Assembly: GCF_947568905.1 (NCBI RefSeq)
Contig: NC_079171.1
Span: 34,596,001-34,660,000, forward strand
Source of the DNA: Ostrea edulis
Taxonomy: Eukaryota
Length of the DNA stretch: 64,000 nucleotides
Direction of reading: 5' to 3'
A program made the translations under genes and the position numbers. A model generated the notes under the pieces. The model worked only from the letters and a program-made list of their open reading frames with translations. It was not told where the DNA came from and made no database searches. Shown here in pieces: positions 30,359 to 41,278 of the stretch. Every line of letters starts with the position of its first letter. Position 1 is the first letter of the stretch.

Positions 30359-31987
30359 CAAACGTAGTATCATTTCATGTTAAATTCATGTCGCTTGATT
30401 ACATATCTAGTAGCATTAGATGAAATGGGAAATGCTTACTACTTGGAAAAACATATCAGGATGGATTGTAGAGAAACACAGGACATTACCTTGCTCCTCT
30501 TATTATCAAAAACGTTCACATAATCTTGCGTGTTGGCCAACAATATTTTTTAAATGTACTATCATTAGGTTGATGTAAACGAAACCACGGTACAAGAAGA
30601 ACAAATGCAACTTCCCCTGGAGGAGAGGACTTTGTTTGAGGGTTATTGTCCTCTTCCTGTCAACATTTCTGGTACCTGGACCACTGAGGTCAAGTTCAAC
30701 ATCTCTAACGACGGAGTTCGTTTTACAGAAACATACAACGTCATCATTTATCAGTCTCAATGTCAGGAGTATCATAATCAGTCTGGAGATGTCTTTTTCA
30801 CCTTAAAGGTAAATTATGAAACCTTTCATTTAGATAATGTAACTCGCCGTAAAAGATATTAAATATACTTTTATTTTTAAGGTACGTGTAAATGATAATA
30901 CAAGTTAATTACAGAAGGGGATCATTACCCCTCCCCATCACCTGATCCCACTTCTGGTATAAAAATTCACATCAGATTGGCTAAAAGAGGCTAGCGACTA
31001 CAAATGTTATCAAAATAATTTGATTCAATCATCTCCGGTCACTGACTTATGGGGTAGAGCGAGTTTTTACGTTTCTAATCCTTGGGAACCATATGATTTT
31101 TGAAAAAGGGTAGACTTATTGGGATCCGTTAAAAAACAAAAATAATATTTAAATCAGTTCACACTATATTTAGTTAACCGAAGTAAAATGGGTGAAATAA
31201 TGCCAAAACGGCGTGAAATACACAACCAGGAAGAACCCACTGATAGCTAATAAAGGAATAAAACATCTGTGTTTGATAACATAATATTTAGGTGTGCTAT
31301 TTGTGTTAGAATTAGTCATATTGAAATGCACTCCTACACCGGGAATGAAAAATTGTGATTAAAGCATCACAAAGCAGAGAGCTTATTCATAAGAGGCTGG
31401 TGCAAATAAAAATTATTTTCGTAATGCGCATTCTCACTCAAAAGGCATAAGAGTGTAACTCTGTAACGTGGACAGTCCTATCACTCTTTGTCTTCAGAGT
31501 GCTATCATACATGCGTTTTCTTTATTCATCGCAGAGACATACCATGTACGTTCTACAAAATTCCATAAGCAAATATCAAAATTCTTACGTAAAACATGAG
31601 GGCTTTACCGTCAACGAATACGCCATTTTGGAATTTGCGCCTGCAAATTTCGGTATCATTAATGAACAGGCCATACCATTTTAAATCTACATCGTGATTG
31701 TTTATTAGACGGAACAGTCTATTGAGGTATAGCGTGCAAGGAAAACATAATTGAATACATAATTACATTTGAATCTACCTCCAATCTGCCACCGGATGTC
31801 AGAAATTCAAACTCGTATACCGAACTCGATTGAGAATTTGTTAACTAAGAATGACATCTGTTGTTTTATTGAATGATACCAGTACATGTAACACCAAACA
31901 TTTCCGGTTTTAACATTCAAATAGAAAATGCATCTATAAATAATCTTAACTAAATGGGATAAGGACTAGAACCACAACTGAGGTCTA

Positions 31988-32080
<93 letters not shown>

Positions 32081-35000
32081 TGTAATCTACTAGCTAACGA
32101 AATCAAAACGTTTTGAATAGAAATTTTAATTCTATGTTTGACATCTTTCCTTACAGGATGAGTTTTGCTACATTGACAGCGCATGCGTTCGTCCGATGGA
32201 AAATAGCTCCACAAATGAATGTTTAATATGCAATGCTACAAATGATAAATACCAATGGACGGAAAACGAGGGTAAGTCAACTACTGAAATATAATCCTTA
32301 CATATTTTTCTACATATACACTAGAGTTCCTGTCCATTTAACATTGTACATGTACATGCATAAAATATTATAGTACCATATACATTGATTTAAAGTTAAA
32401 GTAATTCCACCTTCCTGCGATGTCATCAAACTTTGCAAACCTCTATGGCGTATTCAGATTTATGGAATTCAGGATTATCACCCCTTGACATGAAATAGAG
32501 AGTTTTGAGGAGTTTTCATTTATCCTAAACTGTGATTTTTCAATTCAATACAGAACGCCCTCGTATTCCTTTAAATCAAATATCATAGTTCCATTATGAG
32601 AGGTTATGTCAGACACGCATACATAGGGTTCACACCTACCACTTATAGGCTAGATAGTCAAAATATATATTTACCTATTGGTAGACACTTTCCGTTTTAC
32701 AATATTGCAGGTATATGTTAGTCCATACCTTGAAATACCTACAATGGAATACACTTGCACGGGGACAATTTTCTGAATCCGTTCATATGTATATGTAACA
32801 TTGTTCGAACGGTAGCACTGTCTACATGTTAAATCGATATACGTTACAAAGTTCAGATTTTCTTTAACCGATTAATGTTTGGATTTTAATGGTTTGATGA
32901 TAACTCATTTATACGACTCTCATAGGTGGGTTATATTATGATACGTAACAGCCGTCTGTTTGTCCGCGCGTTTGTCAGCACTTTGTAAATCATAGCAAAC
33001 AATGTGTATAAACATTAGCTTTAACATATACTTGCATTGTCTCCACGACATCCTTATTGAAAAAAAAATCATTGTTTTTTTTTTCTCAAAATTATCGATT
33101 AAACGTGCTTGTGTAATTTTCTACACTTTAAAACAAAATAAAGCAGCAAATCTAGTATAATCAAACCTAATACACATATTTACACTTCATAGACATTTCC
33201 GTCTACCAATTAAAAGAGTACTGGTAATGCAAATATTATGAAAATAAACAAAACTGTTGTACTATCCAACTTCAGAGCAAAAATCGACATCATTCATTTC
33301 ATGGAAAGTCAAAATTTTAGTTTTTCAAACGCCAGTGAGGTATATGAAAGCCGAATATAACGAACAGTGATCAATCTCATAACTCCTATAAGCAATACGA
33401 AGTTAATAGTTGGATAAACACAACAGGGGTGGGATCAGGTGCCTAGGATCAGGTGCCTAGGATCAGGAAGCATCCCCTATTTGATTTTATCCCACTTAAT
33501 ACAGAAACAAACCTAAAAATGATTTTGGACGCTTTACTGGTTGGGCATCCAATGACATTCATTTACTAAGCAACAAGTGCACAATTTCTAGTGAAAATCA
33601 ATAACTTTTAGCTACTTTAGGGGTATTTATTTCCTATAAGTAAATAATCTATGTTATGTTGTCTACTTCATTTAGTTTCAGAATGGTTTTACCCATTTTT
33701 GAAAATTACAAACGTTCAAATTTTCTAAAGTAATTGTTGCCATGACAACGGATAAAAACATAAATTTTAACACTTATTTTCAAAAATAGCATGAGTTTAT
33801 TGCTATATAATTAAAGCCTAGAGTAATCCTTGGAAAAATGAAATCTATAGTTTACATCTATATCTCTAAAAATAAAAATGTTTGGCAAACTAAGTAGAGA
33901 AAAGCTATGAAAGTTTCAAAAGTATGTGAAGTTTGTATTTCAAAACATTTTAAGCCATGGGGGGAAACCGATTAATTGCAAAATTTATGAGATCACATAT
34001 TTATTTATTTTTACTTATTGTTAAATGGGAAATTCACCTACATTTGAATAGCATATTTTTTTATATAGTGTTCAGATATCATAATTATAACGTGTTCAGG
34101 ATCATTTCAGTGCCACCTGAACTATCCTTTTTTTGTTTGGAAATGATATTGAGAATAATCGGACAGTTTCATATTATTGGGAGGAAAATATATCTACCAG
34201 TTAAAAGTAATTAGTTTGTCTCCCCCTCTCACCCAACCCACACCTAAGTTTGCAACTGTCCTAAAGAGGATCCTATATAGAGATGACAAATTTTCAGACT
34301 TTAAAAAATGACAAAATCATTGCTTTTCAAACACCAATCAGTTTAACCGTAATGCTTAAAATTGAATCCAAATAGTTATCAACTGTTACAGAACACCCAT
34401 ATTTACAATATTTGTATATACTATCTTTCTTTGGACTCTCAGTGGCAATGGGGATACGTACTTCAATTAATACATTGTCTTTATTCTTCTGTGAATAATT
34501 TCCCGGCCTACCGAATACATATTTTACAAACATGTTAACCGAGTAGGATGAAAAATAGGACATAGGCATAATAGCATGGCTTCACACTTAACATGTGTAC
34601 CAAATAAAATGTGGTAGGTACATGCTATATGCCCTGTGTGCCGTGGTAAAAGACAGTAGTATTAGGAAATTCAGAATATGTATTAAATATTTTATTTACA
34701 GGATCAGAGATAGGGTTTCTGTACAATGTGATATTCTTCTTAAGAATATGTCAGCGCTACATTAAATGAAAGGGATTATTACATTATATTAAGGATAACA
34801 CCACCTTAATGACTTTATATGAAGATTGTTTAATTATATTGTATGCTCTTCATAATAGTACTTCTTTTCCCCAACGCACATTTATTTCATTAATAGAGGC
34901 TATGCTAGGCGCACATTTAAAGAGAAGGGGAAAAACCACCCACCCCATCCCACCTCAGACTGATAGAAAACATATATGTTTGCCTAAGTATACTATGCGT

Positions 35001-38000
35001 TTCCAGATGTAAAATATTAAGTAATTTTTGCAAGAATGGACTGAAAGAATAGCATGTGGTGACAATTCCCCCGGGAAAAGATTGCATATGTACATATGTA
35101 CCTGCACTCATCGTATTAAATGACAGCTTTAGGTTAACTGTCACGTTATTTGTAATTGTACTCCCTTCCAAAACTACTTACATTTTTCCTCTACTACATT
35201 ATCTGAATTTACTACAGATCTTTCGTACATTTCAAATAGAGGTAAACAGTGGGTTTTTTTTTTTTTCATTACAAAATAACCCGCTAGCTCACTTCAATCT
35301 TATTTTACTCCTCATAACCGTTATTGTGAAATAAAGTAGGTATGATTTAGTTGTATTCTTAAATTCATTAATGAATTTATCAATAGAAAAAAAATATTTG
35401 AATGTAAATAATCTGTCATAGTTTCCAAGTTTCCATAATAAAACCAAAAAATGTTAATAAATGAAGAAGTTTTAAGATTTTAAAATCATATTCTTTTACC
35501 TGCTGAATCTGAAGAGTGTTCAAAGAAAAGTGATTTAATAGTAAAACTGGCAACATATCAAGAAATAAACTGCCTTTTCTTTATCAACGTATAACTAACC
35601 AACGAATTTATTTCTTGATAATTGTGGAACAAATGCCATATCAAATGTAAAATATGCTAATACACCTTGACTTCGTTGTAGATTTTTTTTTTAAAATTCT
35701 ATCAAATTTACTGCTTTTTAAAGCGATATCAGCCCCGGAAAACTAAAATAAATATCAAAGGGCAAGATGAATTTTATTTATCAATATTGATTACAATAAA
35801 TCACTGTATATCCGAATAAAGAATTCAATCATAAGAGTATCAAGATAACCAACAATAAATATGTGTATGGATGAAGATAAATTCTAGTGATCTACTTCAA
35901 TATATCATATTTTGTCGAAAAGGCATGTGGTTTCCATGGTAACAATACGTAAATTATTTTTTGTTGAATATTTAATTGCACAATGTATCATGAACTATTC
36001 ATACGAGTTTCACCAATAATCATTTTTACACCACTTTCCACATTTTTCAAAACAAATGTTTGATGCTTTCTGACTTGACTCTTACGGACACATATGACTC
36101 AAAACAAATGTTATATAGTTTCGTAACATGTTCAATATAGCTAATGCTTATTTTACCACATATTTTCCCATGAAACCACCTTTACTTTTGCATTAACCAC
36201 AACTTACAAATTCAATTGAAAATCTTCTTATCGGTACACTACATGAACTGTTAACATTGCTGTTGATCAAACATTAAAACATTCCACGTAAACTCAACAT
36301 TTTAAAGTTTGATTTAAGGTCTTAGGATACACAAGATTTTGGACACATCTAATGAAGTAGGACTGTGTTGTGCTTTGCGTGGGTACACTACTGATGCTGA
36401 ATTTTTCAAACCTTGTGTACATGTTTACCATCATTTTAATGTTAAATATAGGATATGATTATGTCGTTCAGTCGACTGAAAGGAATGGTAGAGCTTCTTC
36501 AGTGAACTTTTATCAAACGAGATAGTGTCGTCCTGTGAAGGATACATTTGAAATGTAATAATGTTAATAGGAAAATCATCCATGGGTAGAGGAGTGTGAT
36601 CGTTCCCCAGATTTATATTCAATAAATCCGTCTTAGAAATGGCATCCATTAATTCATGTGAACTCGAAATGAAAGACACCACAAAGTCGTTCACTTCTGA
36701 TCCATACTTAAATCTTTTATTGAAAGTGGATATTAATGGCAAACTAACTACTCAATGTAAAACTTATACGGTACCAATTTTGATGCACCAGATGCGCATT
36801 TCGACAAATAATGTCTCTTCAGTGATGCTCAACCGAAATGTTTAAAATCCGAAATAACTATGACGCTTTAGAGCTAAATATAGCCAAAACAGCATGCCAA
36901 AAAGTGGAGCCAAATTCGTCCAAGGGTGAGAGCTATGCATGAGGGAGATACTCCTTAATTTTGAAATGAATTTCTAAATTTTATAACAGCAATTAAATAT
37001 ACATCCGTATTTTCAAGCTAGTAACGAAGTACTTAGCTACTGGGCTGTAAAGACTTTCCGCGTAAAAGACACAGATAGAAGTATGATAATGTAAATTCAC
37101 ATTCTGTGTAATACCGAGCATACATTGTGATTACAACATTGTCAGGGAAGAGGGTCGGTGTACATAACTATATCATTTTCAAAACGTTGTGTATGATCAT
37201 TCAAAGTTTTCAAAGCAATCTGTGCCTTGTTTCGCTTTCATGATGCAATAAATGTATCATTTGTTGAATATGATGATCATCGTAAGTTTACAAATATTCG
37301 ATTCATAGAGCAAAGAATAATTTTTGACAAATTTTTCATTCTTTCAAAGTTCTTTTTCCAAAGAGTTTGAAAACAAGAACCTTATATGGTTATTTTATCA
37401 TGCAGATTGTGGACAGACTACAACAGAATCCATGTCGACAACAACATTCGACACAACTACTTTTCCAGAGACTGAATCAAAAAGCTCCACAGAACCATTT
37501 ACCGAAACTACAACAGACAGCGCGACAGAAAACAGCACAACAGATAAACAGACAATAAGTATGTTCTTGTCTACACAGACGGAAACCTCTTCATTAACCG
37601 AAGCTATAATTGGGCAATCAACTATGTCAGAGTCTACATCAAGCAAAACAGAAACACAGACAACCTCTGCTACATCAACATCCCCAGAAACAGAATCAAC
37701 TTCTAGTACATCAAAATCCTCAGAAACAGAAACAACTTCAACAACAAGAAGATCCACAACTGATTCTTCAACGACCATTACATCAACAATGAGAGAAAGA
37801 GAAACAACCGCAGCCAGATCCACGACAACAGAAAGTACATCAACAAAATATACAGAAGAACCGTCACAGTCTCCAATCACGAATATACACCTTGCTGTTG
37901 GAGCATCTGTTTCTGTTGCGGGTCTACTAGCTTTATTTGTCATCGTTGGAATGGTGGCCAGATATTGTAGAAAACCGTAAGTATTTATCGACGTGACAAT

Positions 38001-39114
38001 ATACTACATTTCAACTATAGCTAATGAGAAATTAAGTGTACAATTTGGTCGTCGTAATGCTATCAATGCAGTTTCAATCGCAGGGGCTAATTCCTTTGGG
38101 CCCAAACTCTGTGATACCATAAATATAGAAAGACTCTGACCTACAAACAATTCCACTCCCTTCAAATGCCTAAAACGCTTATGTTACAAAACATCCACTC
38201 CTGACTCTAACTACCATTTTGAGAAACGCGCTAAACACCCAAAATACCTAAAACTTTAAGGAAGGGGGAAATGGGTCAAAATAGTCAGAATAAAATAAAA
38301 TAAACAAAATCCAAAAAATAAAGAAATCCAAAAATTATTGTTTAATTTCATAGGTGCAATATCACAAAAATAATGTTTCGATTAATTCTAGGGTCTTTAG
38401 AGCTTTTCTTAAATTGGCAGGTCTTGTCAACAGTTGATGGTGCTAAAGGGAAAAATGAGTCCTGTAACGTCTACATGAAGACCATTATTCAAATATGAGG
38501 AAGTATGTAGGGTATAATTGATGTGCAATTTTAATTGATAGGTCTGAAATCTTCCACACTAGTCTGCTATTTGCTGCTGACATAGGCGAAAACCCACCCG
38601 GTGACCTGAATAGGTAAAAATAAACAAGTCAAATCTAGAGATCGATGACGTATATTTGTTATTTTTAGAACCTGTGACTTGAAATTTTGCATGCAAGTAT
38701 TTAAAACGTTAATGTATGCAAGGAGATAAGCACATTATACATGCCACACCTAATTCAAGAATTTTTAGACATTTGAAGCGATTGGGGCAGAGTTAGACAC
38801 CTTCTATATTGATGGTATCACATAGTATGGGCTCAAACGGGCTTAGCCCCTGTGGTTTGATTTGTAAAATAAAATGCAACATTGCCAAAAAATCAAATCT
38901 GGATAATTGTTACAGGAATAAACAATCACAGCTACGACAGGAAAATGGTGACGAATCCAGAAACTGGAGGGACATGTTGGTATCTACACCACATGATGCC
39001 ATTTTCCCTCGTCCTTACAAGGATTCGTTTATCCCGCATGCTACTTCCCATCACTTCAAATCTTTGGGCGGATCGCACAGAAATAGTTTTGACAGCAGAT
39101 TGCAGAAATGGTGA
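45..39114 (+). CDS. Multi-exon gene (5' end outside window): von Willebrand factor D and EGF domain-containing (VWDE-like) type I membrane protein; 20 coding exons, ~1,360 aa in window
   Basis: Exons 45-326, 1657-1872, 5119-5241, 5359-5493, 5731-5871, 6131-6399, 9448-9534, 12127-12522, 14287-14372, 22652-22715, 22974-23159, 25251-25474, 26368-26602, 26714-26863, 28718-28886, 29333-29523, 30569-30808, 32157-32271, 37406-37976, 38916-39114. All have AG/GT borders and matching phases, giving one open frame to TGA at 39112-39114. vWD motifs ADPHMYTFDG and GLCGYFDG; EGF Cys patterns; TM helix. Confidence 0.9.
1657..1872 (+). CDS. VWDE-like exon (end of galactose-binding-like/fucolectin-like region, ...VLFCEMEING)
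   Basis: ttag|GTGTTG...ATCAATG|gtaata; 216 nt open, phase 1-1; FCEMEING resembles the LCEVEVxG motif that precedes EGF repeats in bivalve proteins. Confidence 0.8.
2170..2866 (+). mobile_element. 3' fragment of the same Penelope-like family (RT thumb + 3' UTR module)
   Basis: YIDV-LSINN...HGVYISQLIRYARACS...FYGRYNDLVRQY..* with no downstream GIY-YIG; followed by the CCTAGGCACCTGATCCCACCTCTGG module. Confidence 0.88.
3940..4146. mobile_element. MITE with TA flanks
   Basis: TA|CTTTAGAAGTACTTTTTTCC ... GGAAAAAAGTACGCTTACAG|TA imperfect TIRs. Confidence 0.75.
5119..5241 (+). CDS. VWDE-like exon, EGF-like repeat
   Basis: GCPANHYGSPCRPCPVNCDQCNALDGSCVCQAGYKGENCTE; cag|G...G|gtag. Confidence 0.92.
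5359..5493 (+). CDS. VWDE-like exon, EGF-like (laminin/MEGF-type) repeat
   Basis: ACSNSTYGVNCAYNCGYCFNETCDHVTGNCSLGCDGGWTTSKCST; phase 1-1. Confidence 0.92.
5731..5871 (+). CDS. VWDE-like exon, EGF-like repeat
   Basis: ACSSGSYGQSCAMKCSSHCITPHVCDHVTGTCLGGCATGWINKTCDS; phase 1-1. Confidence 0.92.
6131..6399 (+). CDS. VWDE-like exon (Ig-like segment)
   Basis: ...LVCNFSVKSDEDLLYDITWFIDG...KIGSN; phase 1-0. Confidence 0.85.
6580..7932 (+). mobile_element. HINE/Helentron-like non-autonomous element carrying ~7 tandem ~161-168-bp satellite units (Cg170-like)
   Basis: Starts TTAGCTTACCTGAGCTC, followed by a GTCC/GTCT microsatellite-like tract; repeated AAGAACCACT..CCAGAAAAGCTG units at ~6839, 7001, 7165, 7331, 7492, 7657, 7825; ends AGGTGAGTGATGTGGCCCAT. 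Family name from recall. Confidence 0.75.
9448..9534 (+). CDS. VWDE-like exon
   Basis: VHCKVGAKRKAEDTPCHFKIGNPFFAGIK; aag|GTA...AAG|gtatat; FFAGIK motif recalled from VWDE-family proteins. Confidence 0.88.
10015..10305 (-). repeat. Penelope-like 3' end copy
   Basis: Reverse complement of ~2570-2860. Confidence 0.75.
12127..12522 (+). CDS. VWDE-like exon
   Basis: tttcag|ATTGTT...ATATCG|gtgagt; 396 nt open, within ORF 12079..12552. Confidence 0.9.
14287..14372 (+). CDS. VWDE-like exon, start of vWD domain
   Basis: IRVREANEAWKGRSCGVRADPHMYTFDG (GDPH..TFDG-like); donor gtaaga. Confidence 0.92.
14611..14918 (-). repeat. Helitron-associated ~350-bp repeat unit spanning its head-to-tail junction
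   Basis: Reverse complement of CGGTACCAATTTTGATGCACCAGATGCGCATTTCGACAAATAATGTCTCTTCAGTGATGCTCAA; the unit tail is joined to the unit head. Confidence 0.75.
15475..16060. mobile_element. Non-autonomous DNA element (imperfect TIRs, internal inverted repeat)
   Basis: GGAAAGAAGTAGGTAC ... GTACCTTGTTCTTTCC termini; internal GTCGAGCAAA/TTTGCTCGAC. Confidence 0.55.
16111..16350 (-). mobile_element. tRNA-derived SINE, near full length
   Basis: Minus strand: A box TGGCAGAGTGG, B box GGTTCGAATC, tail ...AAAACATCAATCAATCAA. Confidence 0.8.
16650..16838 (+). mobile_element. SINE 3' half (bivalve SINE2-like family)
   Basis: GGTGTGGCACGATAAAGATCCCTC...GCATAGGCCTAAATT...CAATCAATC tail; related copy at 28195-28450 on the minus strand. 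Confidence 0.7.
20439..20492 (+). repeat. (AG)n microsatellite
   Basis: Direct reading. Confidence 0.95.
22652..22715 (+). CDS. VWDE-like exon, vWD domain
   Basis: ttgcag|A TCT TAT GAA...SYECQIPGQFINYRNQHQLQW|gtaatg; phase 2-0 fits neighbours. Confidence 0.85.
22974..23159 (+). CDS. VWDE-like exon, vWD domain
   Basis: IQSKLHLCFPSYGGPWCVCAVAARAGRDVFVIDLCGG...HYK. Confidence 0.92.
24031..24180 (+). mobile_element. SINE 5' half (tRNA-related head)
   Basis: ACCGTGGTAGTCTAGAGG...GCGGAAGGTCG..GTTCGAACCCC...GTTAAAACAGGTAGTGAC; a short minus-strand head copy lies at ~15420-15468. Confidence 0.65.
24253..24477 (+). mobile_element. Internal fragment of the Penelope-like RT N-terminal region
   Basis: Matches reverse complement of ~49010-49230 (IVFVCK..NELG..TYT..NIPVNG..WIPK). 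Confidence 0.8.
25251..25474 (+). CDS. VWDE-like exon, end of vWD domain
   Basis: VYFPTGT...GNADGLCGYFDGVKDNDF...NDFSNSWR. Confidence 0.93.
25564..25906. repeat. Inverted pair of Penelope-like 3' modules
   Basis: Minus copy ~25564-25702 and plus copy ~25725-25906. Confidence 0.85.
26368..26602 (+). CDS. VWDE-like exon with RRRKR proprotein-convertase-type site
   Basis: IQDSENLF...CTCTDDGKTECSY...KNRRRKRDVSGADLSE; phase 2-0. Confidence 0.88.
26714..26863 (+). CDS. VWDE-like exon
   Basis: TRNITFVKTTEYAEAVCLQAFQESSEYSLCQQHVTDLSNVTVSNCIEDIK. Confidence 0.9.
27460..27676 (+). repeat. Solo Penelope-like 3' module
   Basis: Near-identical to 2650-2866. Confidence 0.88.
28195..28450 (-). mobile_element. 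SINE 3' half, minus strand
   Basis: Reverse complement matches 16650-16838. Confidence 0.7.
28575..28713 (+). repeat. Diverged solo Penelope-like 3' module abutting a VWDE exon
   Basis: GGTCGACAGGGGATGGTTACTCATCCTAGGCACCTGACCCCACCTCTGG...TATCTTCACTTTTCA. Confidence 0.8.
28718..28886 (+). CDS. VWDE-like exon (start of EGF: CPNNCSSHGTC)
   Basis: tcatcag|ATGACA...GAAGGCG|gtaaat; phase 0-1. Confidence 0.9.
29333..29523 (+). CDS. VWDE-like exon (EGF end: CTCYSGYGGSDCS)
   Basis: ttaaag|GAAAC...CATCAG|gtgtga; phase 1-0. Confidence 0.9.
30300..30356 (+). repeat. (AT)n microsatellite
   Basis: Direct reading. Confidence 0.95.
30569..30808 (+). CDS. VWDE-like exon
   Basis: VDVNETT...FNISNDGVRFTE...FFTLK; 240 nt, phase 0-0. 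Confidence 0.9.
31993..32078 (+). repeat. Compound (CT)n(AT)n microsatellite
   Basis: Direct reading. Confidence 0.95.
32157..32271 (+). CDS. VWDE-like exon (Cys-rich)
   Basis: DEFCYIDSACVRPMENSSTNECLICNATNDKYQWTENE; donor gtaagt. Confidence 0.9.
36645..36755 (+). mobile_element. Penelope-like RT fragment
   Basis: CELEMKDTTKSFTSDPYLNLLLKVDINGKLTTQ matches ORF 2183..2644. Confidence 0.8.
36756..37050 (+). repeat. Helitron-associated ~350-bp repeat unit (partial)
   Basis: High identity to 58945-59240. Confidence 0.8.
37406..37976 (+). CDS. VWDE-like exon: Thr/Ser-rich mucin-like stalk and transmembrane helix
   Basis: T/S/E-rich stretch, then LAVGASVSVAGLLALFVIVGMVA followed by RYCRK; donor gtaagt. 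Confidence 0.9.
38916..39114 (+). CDS. VWDE-like terminal exon, cytoplasmic tail
   Basis: ttacag|G AAT AAA...; phase 2 matches previous exon; ends ...RLQKW*. Confidence 0.8.
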
Positions 39115-41143
39115 AGAGAACTAATCTTTACAGATTGAAATTGTTAAAGAATATTTGCTACCAATTTAGCGTTGTTAATTTTTTGTTACCATCTAGTATA
39201 CTGTAGAACACTTATTTCGCGATACTTTAATTTCGCGACGAAACAATGATGTATCCATTCACGAAACGTAATCCTCTCGAGTCATCTATTTCTTAAGCCT
39301 CCTATACTTGGAGAGTTTTACACAAGAAACAATTGAAATAAATCTAGTAGACAATCGGGGGAGGGGGGGGGGGGGGGTAAGTGTACGTCTTTCTTATATC
39401 ATTTAATTTTCGCCGGAATTCAAAATTATTGAAATATATCTCCGTGAGTAACATATTGTAAAACTTATACGGTACCGTGAGTAACATCTATCAGATACAA
39501 TGTAGGCTTAACACAACATACATATATTCCTATCTGTATTTTCATTGCTTTTTACCGTTTTAGCACGTTTTCTTCAACTACCATCGAGCATTGTGTATTG
39601 TATTTTAGCGGGCAATCTAGGGTATATTGTAAAACTTTTACACGAGAAATAGATTGTAGCAAACAATCTGGTCATCGGGGTGTTAAGAGGATGCCTTTGC
39701 TATATTAGTTAATTCCGCATGAAGGATACATTCAAAATTATTGAAATTTATTTTTTCTAAAGGTGATGTACCTCTGACATGATCTGATTACTTTTGCATT
39801 TAAACGCAATACACTATTGTTCCCAGGATTTGGTCGTTACCATATATAATATCTTATTGTATACAACGTAGGCTACACACAAGATCCCTAAAAGTACTTT
39901 AGTGTTAATGACCGATATTTAAAAATATGGTATTATATTTTTCAATTACTACATGAAAAGAAATGTTTAACTGATAAAAGTTTAATTACTGTATATTGAT
40001 TACAGTAGCTCGATTTTGCAGGTAACTGGTTTATTTTAGATATAGTAACATTGCGAGTCAACAGTACAAATGATTTGTAGTGTAATTTTTTATTTATACG
40101 CAAAACAATTTATTTAGACTTGTATATGCTATCAACTTGGTTAATAACATGTGTTTTGTGTACAATGTAGTCTTCGCACAACATCGTTGTATCCCTATTT
40201 GTATTTTCAATGTGTTTTTTTTTCAATTCTAATACGTTTTCATTAAATGATATTACCACTATGTATTTTTATTACTTGTAAATATATATGAGCATGTGGT
40301 GTTTTAACTCGTCGAAGTATTAAGGTTTCGATATAAAGCGTGCTTTAGTGATTATTTTCTATCGAAATTGTAAGAAGCCAGATATGCATATTCTCGTTGG
40401 AAATGTTCGCGCCATTAGTATGTGACGTCATACATGTCAATCGTTGTGAAGCGAAAAAGCATGAAGACATTCAAACAAGCTGTGGACATCACATACAGCA
40501 AGCAGGCTACAGTTACAAGTCTCATTATATTGTGTTGTACAATATATAGCTGTAACAATAGACACAGAAAGGAGTTTCTTTACTTTTACCAACAAGGCAA
40601 CTCAGAGAAATTTTGTAAACTTAAAACTACTTCAATCCAATGGAAAACCACCTTCAATGACGAACCTACGTATTGCATGCTAGCCCATTTGATTCTTTTT
40701 ATCGACATTTCTGTTTACAAATTAATAGGCTTACTGTTCTTCAGACTGGACGTAAGTCGCCGCGGGTTTGTCAACCGCAGGAATTTCTGTATAACATACT
40801 CTTTTTATATACATGCACATTTAATTTCATATGCAACGATATATTGGTGTACTGCTTCCCCCCTCCCTCCACTTGAAGTTATGAATATTGACACCATGTG
40901 TGAAATTACTACCCCCTGATTAAAAAGTAAAACAAAAAGCCTAGTTAATAATTGTCAAGAATTTTAGAATACGGTGGTTTTTATAAAAAAATGATGATGT
41001 ATGTCAACGTAGTAAAATGAAACTGCAGCTATATAATAGGTATCTGCCCCACTTCCACTATATTTTTAGAGTAATGACTGAGAAGATTATAAGATAGAGG
41101 TTATGACTATATATTAAATGAGAAGCCATCATTTTTGTCTCTC

Positions 41144-41278
41144 NNNNNNNNNNNNNNNNNNNNNNNNNNNNNNNNNNNNNNNNNNNNNNNNNNNNNNNNN
41201 NNNNNNNNNNNNNNNNNNNNNNNNNNNNNNNNNNNNNNNNNNNNNNNNNNNNNNNNNNNNNNNNNNNNNNNNNNNNNN
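41144..41278. other. Assembly gap (135 N)
   Basis: Run of n. Confidence 1.

Noticed and set aside
33437-33475. Triplicated 14-mer GGATCAGGTGCCTA
   Set aside because: Local slippage inside a PLE 3' module copy; no further significance evident.
34327-36645. Scattered minus-strand ORF pieces (34327-34569, 34917-35171, 36431-36645) as a second nested gene
   Set aside because: I could not link them by phase-consistent splice sites or recognise any motif; part of the last ORF is antisense to a PLE fragment.
37398-37943. 181-aa minus-strand ORF
   Set aside because: Antisense shadow of the Thr/Ser-rich VWDE exon.
40422-40919. 165-aa + strand ORF
   Set aside because: No recognisable motifs or convincing splice context; composition looks like non-coding AT-rich DNA.
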